In this document: positions 54,586-63,346 of the stretch, piece after piece
Layout of the letters: every line of letters begins with the position of its first letter
How positions within the stretch are numbered: the first letter of the stretch is position 1
From: a bacterium
GTDB taxonomy: Bacteria > Patescibacteriota > UBA1384 > CAILIB01
Reading direction: 5' to 3'
Assembly: GCA_037131105.1 (NCBI GenBank)
Contig: JBAXRQ010000001.1
Coordinates: 830,217-894,216 of the forward strand
DNA length: 64,000 nucleotides
Notes under the pieces: model-generated
Databases searched by the model: none
What the model was told of the DNA's origin: nothing
What the model saw: only the letters and a program-made list of their open reading frames with translations
Made by a program: the position numbers and the translations under genes

Positions 54586-54612
54586 GGCAAGGCACATCTT
54601 GGAATTTGAAAG

Positions 54613-55410
54613 GTGGATCGCATGAAACGCGCATTCGCGCCTAGCCTTCGAGGCTTACTAGATACGACAAGTAGTAAAATGCTGGCAGAGACGGCACCAT
54701 GGGTCCGACACGGACTAGAGCGCAGGCTGGACAGCGGCATTTTGAGGCTAGTCTCGGTATTCTCACCGGACTATTCCCGAGCAGCCGATCGGATTACCTG
54801 CAGTACACGAGTGAATGACGGACTCCCCTATGGCGCCCAGACACATCTAAATCTGGTAGCAGAAATGAGGGAGACCCTCGCCCAGTACGGGATTGACCTG
54901 GAATACAGCATTACCCTGACTGACGGAGACGTAGAATTTCCCAGGGTAATGCACCAGGTGGCCGACGGTGACGGTGAGCAGTTCCTGGATAACTGCCAGC
55001 AGAGCTGCCATGCCTTGGGCGAGGAAGCAGAGAGACTGGGTCTGAGGGTAACGATCTGTGGACGCCACAGCGTCATATTTCCTACCTGGTACAAGGTCTA
55101 CGACAAGTTGGTGTCGGAGCTTGGCAGACAGGTGGAGGCCGACCCCAGCCTCTCGGCCCGACTTGGCTGCTTCGCAAGCCGCAGGCTAAGTCTCTATAGG
55201 GACATGGGGGCCTGGGACCTCAGCGTAGGATGCTCGCAGGAAATGCTGATTAGGCAATGGGCCCAGTGCATGACCTGGGGCGAATGCTCAAGTCGGGACA
55301 TCGGGGCTGACATAGTGACGCTTGGCCACGCCACCCCTGTGCTGGACATGCTGAATCATCCCCTGGTCCGCAAGGGAAGGGAACGCATCCCTTTGCTAAG
55401 GATCAGATAA
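54613..55410 (+). CDS. Hypothetical protein
   Basis: 265-aa ORF preceded by GAAAGGTGGA. No recognisable family. Confidence 0.35.
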   Translation: MDRMKRAFAPSLRGLLDTTSSKMLAETAPWVRHGLERRLDSGILRLVSVFSPDYSRAADRITCSTRVNDGLPYGAQTHLNLVAEMRETLAQYGIDLEYSITLTDGDVEFPRVMHQVADGDGEQFLDNCQQSCHALGEEAERLGLRVTICGRHSVIFPTWYKVYDKLVSELGRQVEADPSLSARLGCFASRRLSLYRDMGAWDLSVGCSQEMLIRQWAQCMTWGECSSRDIGADIVTLGHATPVLDMLNHPLVRKGRERIPLLRIR

Positions 55411-55521
55411 CGAATCGTGTATGTGCACCATCCCCGCCCCGCCATTTCCAAGGAAGTGGCGGGGATGTTTTTTGGCTTACGAGAAGGGGAAAATGTGGTA
55501 CGTTGGTATAAATTCTCTATC

Positions 55522-56301
55522 ATGTCCACCTCTAAAGAACATACTCCCGGTGAAAAAATACGCGAGCTCCGTAAGGAGAGAGCTCTTTCTATTGAGGCAC
55601 TGGCCAATGAAGCGGGCATAACAGCGGTGGCACTAAGTAATATCGAGACAAAACAAGCACATCCACAGCGCAACACCCTTCTAAAGCTGATAAGGTGCTT
55701 GGAAAATGTACTGTCACTTTTACCAAGTATCAGAAGAAGCCTGGTGTACTCCTATGGTTATACCGACGTCTACGACGCCCCAACCCCTCCTGAAATAACC
55801 ACGGCGATAACTGCCTGGGAACTCCAGTTCAAGAACACCTCCTTCCCCGCCTATGTCATCGATATGACGATGAAAATTCACACGGCAAACCGTGCCATGC
55901 TAGGTCTCATGGACGAATCTGGCCAAGCTCGCACAGACCTCTGGGTATACGACCTAATTTTCTCCCCACCCCTTAAAAAGGGGCTACGGTTAGAAGGCAC
56001 CTATCAACTAACCTATAACTTGGTGGCATACATCTGGTTTGATCATCAGCCCTATTTTCGAGAATCCTGGTGGCAGGAAAGCCTTCTTAAAGGCCGTAAG
56101 AAGTACCCTCTTTTCGGAGAACTAATCGATGGCTTCTCCAGTGGTACACTCCCATTGCCGGAACTTGAGACCATGGAACCAGTCACCTTCACACTTGCTG
56201 ACGGAAGCAAGCTCACTTATGGCATACTCTCGGCAAATGTAGTTGAAGATCCACGGTTTAGAAGTATCCAATTCATCCCTATGGGCCACGAAAAGATATA
56301 G
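55522..56301 (+). CDS. MmyB-like transcriptional regulator (XRE HTH + MmyB-like C-domain), paralog 1
   Basis: HTH_XRE (GEKIRELRKERALSIEALANEAGITAVALSNIE) and a C-domain with KYPLFGEL. The track ORF starts at 55417; I prefer the internal Met. Confidence 0.6.
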   Translation: MSTSKEHTPGEKIRELRKERALSIEALANEAGITAVALSNIETKQAHPQRNTLLKLIRCLENVLSLLPSIRRSLVYSYGYTDVYDAPTPPEITTAITAWELQFKNTSFPAYVIDMTMKIHTANRAMLGLMDESGQARTDLWVYDLIFSPPLKKGLRLEGTYQLTYNLVAYIWFDHQPYFRESWWQESLLKGRKKYPLFGELIDGFSSGTLPLPELETMEPVTFTLADGSKLTYGILSANVVEDPRFRSIQFIPMGHEKI

Positions 56302-56377
56302 TGGACTTTATGGACGCTATCGTTAGCTGATGGGAGGATTGTTGTAAGGCTCATGCAACATTAGAAATCTTCTCGCC

Positions 56378-56764
56378 ATGATGAGAGACCACCTCACCAC
56401 CATCCAAGACCTTAAGGACCTTACCCAGAGGTTTAAAAAGGAGCGAAACTGGGGCGCCAACCACACCCCAAAGAATCTGGCCGTTTCCATCGCCATCGAA
56501 GGAGCCGAGCTAATGGAGCACTTCCAATGGGAGGATGTGATCAGACCTGACTCAAGACTCGAAATAAAACAGGAACTAGCCGATGTGGTGATTTACTGTC
56601 TATTTTTTGCACAGGCAAGCAGGATTGATTTAGCAAAAGCGATTGAAGAAAAGATGGCTCATAACGCTCGTAAGTATCCTGTTGAGCTTTTTAAGGGAGA
56701 GGGTGGAACAAATGAGGATTATTACAGAATAAAACGCGGATATCGCCAGAAACAACATGTGTAG
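56378..56764 (+). CDS. MazG-like nucleotide pyrophosphohydrolase
   Basis: EExxE-type helical NTP-PPase core (IEGAELMEHF...ELADVVIY). Confidence 0.65.
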   Translation: MMRDHLTTIQDLKDLTQRFKKERNWGANHTPKNLAVSIAIEGAELMEHFQWEDVIRPDSRLEIKQELADVVIYCLFFAQASRIDLAKAIEEKMAHNARKYPVELFKGEGGTNEDYYRIKRGYRQKQHV

Positions 56765-56796
56765 CTTCCTGGCTCGACTACTGCCAATGTGGTACG

Positions 56797-57621
56797 TTGG
56801 AAAAAACTTACCCAGATATGGCAGTAGCCCTGTTCCTCACATCAGGAGAAAAGATACGCGAGCTCCGTAAGGAACGCGGCCTTTCTATTGAGGCACTGGC
56901 CAATGAAGCGGGCATAACAGCGGTGGCACTAAGTAATATCGAGCTGAAGTCAGCCGCTCCGCAGCGCTCAACCATACTCAAGCTTCTTGACTGCCTCGAC
57001 TCAACACTTCCCATACCCGTGGAGAAACGTCGCGAGATTACCGATGCCTTTGGCTACATAGATATACCTGGCGTCCCCAACCAGCACGATATCGACAAAG
57101 CAGTACAGGCATGGCAAAAGCCATTCAAAAACACACCCTATCCAGCCTATATTCTTGACCGCGTTCAGCGCATCCATGACTGGAACGATCAAATGCTGGC
57201 CTTCATCGGTGAGGACATACAAGACCTGAAGGGCAGGACCATATTCGACCTGCTATTCGACGGGCGTTCCCGCGGCGTGGTGAATCTGGTCAATGAAGAG
57301 GAAGTAGTCACAAAGATGGTCAGGCACATGCGCAAGGAGTACAGGCCCTATATGGATGAGGAATGGTGCAAGCAATGCCTGGCAGATGCCCGGGCAAAGT
57401 ACCCTCTCTTTGGCGAGCTGTTTGACACTCTCCCCGACGAAGGCTCTCCCGCCCTTGACCTAAGGGCTACCGGCCCGATCATTCTCCGGGACAAGGAAGG
57501 CCACACCCTTCATTTTCAAATAGTAGGTATCGACCTCATAAGCGACCCCCGCTTCGGCGTGGTGCAGTACATCCCCCTGGATAAGGAGACTGCCCAGATC
57601 CTCACCAACCTCTTCAGCTAA
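56797..57621 (+). CDS. MmyB-like transcriptional regulator, paralog 2
   Basis: Same architecture as 55522..56301. Shares an identical ~64-nt HTH-coding tract with it. Confidence 0.6.
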   Translation: MEKTYPDMAVALFLTSGEKIRELRKERGLSIEALANEAGITAVALSNIELKSAAPQRSTILKLLDCLDSTLPIPVEKRREITDAFGYIDIPGVPNQHDIDKAVQAWQKPFKNTPYPAYILDRVQRIHDWNDQMLAFIGEDIQDLKGRTIFDLLFDGRSRGVVNLVNEEEVVTKMVRHMRKEYRPYMDEEWCKQCLADARAKYPLFGELFDTLPDEGSPALDLRATGPIILRDKEGHTLHFQIVGIDLISDPRFGVVQYIPLDKETAQILTNLFS

Positions 57622-57754
57622 ACGCGGAACGATTCCTAACGGCTATATTGACATTTCCCAGGTTACGTGCTACTATGCATCCGCCCATTAAACCTGAGTG
57701 AAGTAGATCGCAGGCGCCACCATGGCGCCAGATCAGATTTGAAAGGACAGAAAA

Positions 57755-58726
57755 GTGAGACTTGCAACTTGCAGTCTAATGCTCGCGCTGTTTCTGATGG
57801 CGAATGTCGCCCAGTCACAGCAGATCGACCCGTCGTTCCCCCTTTTGGGAAAGACGTACGGACCGGCCGGGATCTATATTCCGGACGCAGTGGGGATTTC
57901 AAACACCTCTCTGAACCCAGCCCGGCAGATGTCAATCACCGACATCTCTGCGAATAACCAGGTTGTTGAAGGCGATTTTGGTCGACTCAGCCTGGCCAAC
58001 AGCAACGCCGACTGGGAAATCGGCAATTACAGCTTCGTCAGCAAAGACCGTCGGGCAGTGGGACGCATTTCCTGGAACCACTTCACGGTGGGCCACGGGA
58101 TAATACCCGCGACAGATCCGGCCGAGATCGCCATGCGCGGAGACGCCTGGGAGCTGATAGGCGCATACCGCGTCAATAAGCACCTCGACGTTGGCGGCGC
58201 GATAGTTCCCGAGGACGCCACCCACTCCAGTCTGCAGCTCCAGGGTCAGACCCTGGCTTCAGGAGGCAGCAGGTCGCAGCGTCAGGGCCGAGTAGGCGCC
58301 TACTACCATGCTGGCAAGCTGGGTCTGGGTTACGAAGCAGGCTGGGAACGAGGTGTCGTTAGTAGCAGCATTCTTGGCAACGCACCGGTCAGCTCCGGAT
58401 ATAACCAGGATCACACCACCTACGGTGCCTCCTGGAGCCCGAAGCTGGGAACGACGGCGTTCTATAACCGCCAACGTTTCAACCTCAAGAATGAAGCGCT
58501 GGGCCTCGTGACCAAGACGGACTATTGGGGCGTCCAGCAGGCGCTCAGCCGCAAGGTAATCGCCCAGATTGCCCGCTCGGACAAGGCCACCGCACTTTCA
58601 GCAACCTGGTTGCCGGACGACCGCTATGGCCTGAACGTTTCATATACCAACAGGGCGTTCAGCACCTCGGAAGCAGCTTATGGCAAGGGCAACCTTACAT
58701 TCGTGAGCCTGTGGAAGAGCTTCTGA
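57755..58726 (+). CDS. Secreted Gly/Ser/Tyr-rich beta-barrel-like (porin-like) protein ending in Phe
   Basis: Signal peptide (ANVAQS|QQ). Amphipathic beta-strand-like composition. C-terminal ...TFVSLWKSF. Confidence 0.4.
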   Translation: MRLATCSLMLALFLMANVAQSQQIDPSFPLLGKTYGPAGIYIPDAVGISNTSLNPARQMSITDISANNQVVEGDFGRLSLANSNADWEIGNYSFVSKDRRAVGRISWNHFTVGHGIIPATDPAEIAMRGDAWELIGAYRVNKHLDVGGAIVPEDATHSSLQLQGQTLASGGSRSQRQGRVGAYYHAGKLGLGYEAGWERGVVSSSILGNAPVSSGYNQDHTTYGASWSPKLGTTAFYNRQRFNLKNEALGLVTKTDYWGVQQALSRKVIAQIARSDKATALSATWLPDDRYGLNVSYTNRAFSTSEAAYGKGNLTFVSLWKSF

Positions 58727-58870
58727 ACACACCAACCAAAGACAGAACGGATAAGGAGGGTCCGGAAGGGACGAGGCATCTGCCCCGTCCCTTTGACGTT
58801 TTAGCCTTAAAAACAACGTCCTCGGATAACCGATAATTTTAATAATTTCGTAATTATTATTACAACAATT

Positions 58871-58907
58871 TAACCTGATTGACAGGTTAAATAAACTATG
58901 CTACTAT
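58871..58907 (+). promoter_or_regulatory. Consensus sigma70 promoter (TTGACA-17-TACTAT) overlapped by palindrome TAACCTG-N5-CAGGTTA
   Basis: -35 at 58879..58884 and -10 at 58902..58907. The inverted repeat at 58871..58889 covers the -35. AAGGAGG RBS, then the GTG start at 58938. Confidence 0.55.
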
Positions 58908-58937
58908 CTACGCAACTTTGACAAGGAGGCACATCCC

Positions 58938-59564
58938 GTGAAGACGTTACTGGAAACAGACAACGGGATGTGCGTGGTTCAAGCCACCACAGCTCCCGAA
59001 GTCGAAGAACTGATCAGGCTTTTCGAAAAGATCGCCGAAGAGCAACACTGGCAGCCAGGGGACCAGCTACGCGCCTACCCCGAGTCCTCTATTCACTTCG
59101 GACTTATGGCCGGCACAAGTTTTATCGGCGGCCTACAGCTCGTTCTGGGAGGAAACAGTAAGGAAGGTATGCCCTGCCTCACCGTATGGCCAGAACTTGA
59201 CCTGAGATACCAAACCGATGTTGCTGACATTGCCTTGCTTGCTCTCGATGAAAAACATCGCGGGCAAAACGAGCTCTTCTGGCCACTCTGCATAGAAATG
59301 TGGAGATACTGTGAACGGGCAGGAATCACTCGGCTGATGGTTGAGGCAACACGTGAGAAGCAAGTGCTGTACAGGCGGTTCGGATGGCCCCTCAAGGCTG
59401 CCGGCGAAGTCCGACTCCATTGGGGAGAACCCTGCCAGCCCTGTTGGATGACCACAGCAGAAATCAATACAGAAATGGCGACAAAAAGTTCGCGAGGGAG
59501 CCTAAAATATGCCACCATCTTTTCCCTGATGCACCGCATCAGGGACTCTGACGAACGACCCTAG
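58938..59564 (+). CDS. GNAT-fold acyltransferase, autoinducer-synthase/N-acyl-amino-acid-synthase-like
   Basis: 208 aa with a LuxI/FeeM-like sequence pattern (IRLFEKIAEEQHW ... RLMVEATREKQVLYRRFGW). Family assignment is tentative. Confidence 0.45.
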   Translation: MKTLLETDNGMCVVQATTAPEVEELIRLFEKIAEEQHWQPGDQLRAYPESSIHFGLMAGTSFIGGLQLVLGGNSKEGMPCLTVWPELDLRYQTDVADIALLALDEKHRGQNELFWPLCIEMWRYCERAGITRLMVEATREKQVLYRRFGWPLKAAGEVRLHWGEPCQPCWMTTAEINTEMATKSSRGSLKYATIFSLMHRIRDSDERP

Positions 59565-59582
59565 CAAGTCGTTCGTTTTTGG
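59551..59582 (+). terminator. Rho-independent terminator
   Basis: ACGAACGAC-cctagcaa-GTCGTTCGT followed by TTTTGGTTT. Overlaps the stop codon. Confidence 0.6.
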
Positions 59583-59635
59583 TTTACGATAATAGTGCCT
59601 AGTTTACTCCCCCTAATCCGAAACGAGGTATCCCT

Positions 59636-60481
59636 ATGGCAAAGAATGTCTCCAGAATCCTGAGTACCGCTGTAAGTCCGTACGACGAGTACTGCACGGG
59701 TTTTGGCATGCTTCCAGAAAGCACGTACATCACCACTCCTCTTATCGCAACCGGCGTCGCAGACATTGAATGCGCCCACGGCGGCTCAGACATACTAGAC
59801 AAGATTGTTTCCTTCGACCGTGCCGAAGGTGAATACGCCAATATCACTCAGACCAACATGGTCACCGTATCCTCATTCAACGGCATAAACGGCGCCATTC
59901 TTGGCTACGATTTTCTCAAGCAGAACATTCGCCCCTATCATCTTGTCGATCCTGAGAAGTATCCAAATGTCTATGACGCTGAGCCCCTCTTTAAGGCAAC
60001 CCAGGCGCTCTATGGCACCATAAAGGAAAAGCACTTCCCCATTGCCCCAGGCCAGCATATCCTTTGCGCCTATAAGAGCCTCTACAAGAACGGCCCCTGC
60101 ATGATGTACGGCGCCCTTGCCATTGCTATCGCCAAGGACCGTGAGCACAACGCCGATCTTTACATGGAGGATCACGGAACAGTCCTCGCAACCCATAGCC
60201 GAGAGGCAAATCTGGAGCAGCAAACCACCATTATCGAAAGCCTGCTGCTTTCAGTAAAGCGTATTTCTGAAAACCTGAACGTGGAGTATGAAAAAATCTT
60301 CATTGGCTTCAAGTGTAAGAACGTTCAGTCTGGCCAGGTTGGCTGTGTGATTACGGCCGCCCCCTATATTCATCTTGCCAAGAATGCAATCCCTAAAGGG
60401 GATATTCCAGCGCTTGAACATATGAGTCTTTCTGACTGGCAAAGCCAGGTCAGTGGCTCATATATGAACCAACCCGCCTGA
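59636..60481 (+). CDS. hdcA: Pyruvoyl-dependent histidine decarboxylase proenzyme homolog (HdcA family)
   Basis: Block-wise match to Lactobacillus 30a HdcA as I recall it (IVSFDRAE, NMVTVSSFNG serinolysis site at Ser79-Ser80, ILGYDFL, ITAAPYIHL). Confidence 0.75.
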   Translation: MAKNVSRILSTAVSPYDEYCTGFGMLPESTYITTPLIATGVADIECAHGGSDILDKIVSFDRAEGEYANITQTNMVTVSSFNGINGAILGYDFLKQNIRPYHLVDPEKYPNVYDAEPLFKATQALYGTIKEKHFPIAPGQHILCAYKSLYKNGPCMMYGALAIAIAKDREHNADLYMEDHGTVLATHSREANLEQQTTIIESLLLSVKRISENLNVEYEKIFIGFKCKNVQSGQVGCVITAAPYIHLAKNAIPKGDIPALEHMSLSDWQSQVSGSYMNQPA

Positions 60482-60492
60482 CACACTAAGGT

Positions 60493-62700
60493 ATGGCCTA
60501 TCTCATCACAGGCCTCTATTGCTTCTGCCTAGCCTTTCTAGTGGCTTCAGCGCTATTTATCTATTTCAAAAACTCGAAGTCTTGGCTGAACCGCTATTTC
60601 CTGCTCTTAAGTGTCTCAATATTCGCATGGCTACTCACCCTCTACTTTTTTGATCGGCAGGCAGATTCATCCCTATTAACTCTCCTGGGCCGCGCCAACT
60701 TTACTTCAGCCGCCTTCATCGTCCTCTTTAATTATCTTTTCACTCCCCAGGTAGTAGGAGAACGCTCAAAGTGGACATGGCTGCTTGTGGCAGAGACCGT
60801 CATCCTTGCGGGCCTTACACAGTTTACAGGACTTATTGACCATAGTGAGCACCTAAAGGATGGCCAGCACATCACCCAGTTTGGTCCTCTTTTTCCATTC
60901 TATATCGTCCATATCGTCGTATACGTCCTCGTGGCGCTCTACCTTACCTTTTTCGCCTACAGGAAGGTCAAGGCAGCCGTTCGTAGCCAGCTCAACATCA
61001 TCGGATTCGGTGTGTTTCTCATGGCAGGCATAGCCATCTTCACCAATATCATTCTCCCCTACGGATATAACTTTTTTGACTTTCAAGAGGTAGGAGCACT
61101 TTCAACCACCTTCTTCCTCCTTGCAATAGCGTACGCCATTAGCGCCCATCACCTGTTTGATATCAGAGTAATCATCAAGAGAACGGTAATCTACACCGGT
61201 CTCCTGATCTTTGCCCTGCTGACATACAGCATGGTCATCTTCTTCTTTACCAACCTGTTCGGCGGCAATGGAAGCGCCTTTGACACCCGCAACTTCCTGG
61301 TAAACCTCCTCGCCGCCGGCCTCATCGCCGTAGGCTACGACCCACTGCGCCGCACCCTGGAGGACAAGACCGACTCCTTCCTCTTCAAGAAGGAATACGA
61401 GGAGCAGGCCGTACTGAACGAACTGGGCCGCAAGCTAAACGACGTAGTCGCCCTGGACGAGGCGCTTGACCTGATGATGCAGACCATTGTGAAGGTCTTC
61501 CACCTTCACCACGCTGTCACCTTTGTCTTCCAGCCGGCTGAAAACAGCGAGGTGGCCATCAAGCGGATCAAGCAGATCGGCTACACCAGCATGAACCACG
61601 TCTACCTGAACGACGACGACTTCACCATCAGCTACTTTAGTAGCCATCCTGGCGTCACCCGCCTCGACGTGCTGAACCAAGAGACTGAGGAGGAAAAGCG
61701 CCGTTTCAGCAATCTAAGCAATGGCAATACCAAGAGCCTTCCCAAAGAGACCAGTCACCTGATCCGCCAGCATGCTATCAAAGTAGCCGTCGCCAAGAAG
61801 CTTACTGATCTAAGCGCCGCCCTGGCTATTCCTCTTCACCTGAACCAGCAGCCCATCGGCCTTATCCTGCTTTCGGACAAACTCTCTGGCGACACCTTTT
61901 CCCCTGAGGACGTGACCCTTCTAGATACCATGGCTACCCAGGCCATCTCCTCCATCCAGAAGGCTAAGCTCTACGAAGGTGATCAGATGAAGAGCGAATT
62001 CGTCTCTATCGCCTCTCACGAGCTATTAACCCCGGTCTCTGCCATGGAAGGCTACCTCTCCATGATCTTGGATGAGAACATGGGTAAGGTGGACGCCCAG
62101 GCTCGCAACTATCTGGATAAGGTCTATATCTCTTCCAAGCGCCTCTCCGCCCTGGTTAAGGACCTGCTCTCCGTCTCACGTATCGAAGCTGGCCGCATGA
62201 AGATGGAACCCCAGTCACTAGACATGAATAAGCTTATCCATGACACCATGGACCAGTTGAAATTCCTGGCTGAGAACAAGAAGCTCAAGATGACCTACAA
62301 GGCTGCCGACAAGGCCCTACCCCCTGTCTGGGCTGACTCTGACCGTACCATGCAGGTATTGGTCAACCTGGTAAGCAATGCCATCAAGTACACTCCAAAG
62401 GGTGACATCGTCATTACCGCTAGCCACAGCCTGCAGCCCACCCCTCATGTCCAGGTTTCAGTCACTGATACCGGCCTCGGTATCAGCAAAGCTGCTCAAG
62501 CCCACCTCTTCGAGAAGTTCTACCGCGTCGCCACCCCGCAGACCACCGGTATCGTCGGCACCGGCCTAGGTCTCTATATCACCAAGTCGATCATTGAGAT
62601 GATGGGCGGGGTCATGACCCTGAAGAGTACCGAGGGCAAGGGCAGCACCTTCAGCTTTACCCTGCCCACCTTTAAGGTGGAGAAGTCCAGGCCAGAGTAA
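60493..62700 (+). CDS. 7TM-GAF sensor histidine kinase
   Basis: N-terminal 7 TM helices, a central GAF-like region, HisKA (SIASHELLTPVS) and HATPase_c (GTGLGLYITKSIIEMMGG). Confidence 0.85.
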   Translation: MAYLITGLYCFCLAFLVASALFIYFKNSKSWLNRYFLLLSVSIFAWLLTLYFFDRQADSSLLTLLGRANFTSAAFIVLFNYLFTPQVVGERSKWTWLLVAETVILAGLTQFTGLIDHSEHLKDGQHITQFGPLFPFYIVHIVVYVLVALYLTFFAYRKVKAAVRSQLNIIGFGVFLMAGIAIFTNIILPYGYNFFDFQEVGALSTTFFLLAIAYAISAHHLFDIRVIIKRTVIYTGLLIFALLTYSMVIFFFTNLFGGNGSAFDTRNFLVNLLAAGLIAVGYDPLRRTLEDKTDSFLFKKEYEEQAVLNELGRKLNDVVALDEALDLMMQTIVKVFHLHHAVTFVFQPAENSEVAIKRIKQIGYTSMNHVYLNDDDFTISYFSSHPGVTRLDVLNQETEEEKRRFSNLSNGNTKSLPKETSHLIRQHAIKVAVAKKLTDLSAALAIPLHLNQQPIGLILLSDKLSGDTFSPEDVTLLDTMATQAISSIQKAKLYEGDQMKSEFVSIASHELLTPVSAMEGYLSMILDENMGKVDAQARNYLDKVYISSKRLSALVKDLLSVSRIEAGRMKMEPQSLDMNKLIHDTMDQLKFLAENKKLKMTYKAADKALPPVWADSDRTMQVLVNLVSNAIKYTPKGDIVITASHSLQPTPHVQVSVTDTGLGISKAAQAHLFEKFYRVATPQTTGIVGTGLGLYITKSIIEMMGGVMTLKSTEGKGSTFSFTLPTFKVEKSRPE

Positions 62701-63266
62701 TTACGCCCCTACGGGGATATCCCGGGAACGCAGAAACTCGGCCGCTTCCTTACGGGTCACCGACTTATTGGCAGTCAGCCTGATAATAAAGGGCTCGACA
62801 CCGTCTATCGTGGCTAGTCGAAGGGCGTACAGTCCAGAGATCATTTCATTGGCCTACACCTCTTCCAGCCTGTCGGCAAGATCCTCTACTCTAGAGTATT
62901 GTTTGAAGGCCAGACCTGAATCAAAATCAAGATCACGGTCTTCGTTAATCTCAAGACTGAAGAGTTTCATAGCGCTGAAAGTGACCTGGTTTTCATAAGA
63001 GTGCCAACCCCAAGCGAATCAGTGGCCCATTCAAGGACCTCCCCTTCCGAAATCAGCTTGGGCAAATATACTACGAAGACGGTGTCCACATTGTCCATAG
63101 TGCCAATTTCAATTACCCCCTCAGATAGAGCCAGACTAGTCCGAGCCATACGCAAGGCCTCGAAAAGATCACCCTCGTAAGGCTTTTCAAGATAGAAGAT
63201 CGCACGCTTTTCTGTCTGAAAAAAGGTAGGCATGGTAAAAGTTACTTGAATAATAGCATAAGCCAA
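62701..63266 (-). pseudogene. Fragmented gene (three consecutive reading-frame pieces)
   Basis: A 99-aa ORF followed, across one frameshift and one stop, by 38-aa and 50-aa coding-like pieces. Confidence 0.3.
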
Positions 63267-63346
63267 GGATAGATAACAAGTAAGCTTTCCAGTTGCGAAA
63301 ATTTTTCCAAGAGCCTACTATGATCCTAGATTACTAACCTGCCCCT

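Noticed and set aside
54180-54590. tmRNA, RNase P RNA or SRP RNA in the ORF-free interval
   Set aside because: I did not find the tRNA-like T-arm GGTTCGA...CCA, the RNase P P4 motifs (AGGAAAGUCC) or the SRP domain IV motif by eye.
55356-55676. Minus-strand ORFs 55356..55676 and 56808..57014 with near-identical peptides
   Set aside because: They are antisense readings of the duplicated MmyB HTH-coding tract, not genes.
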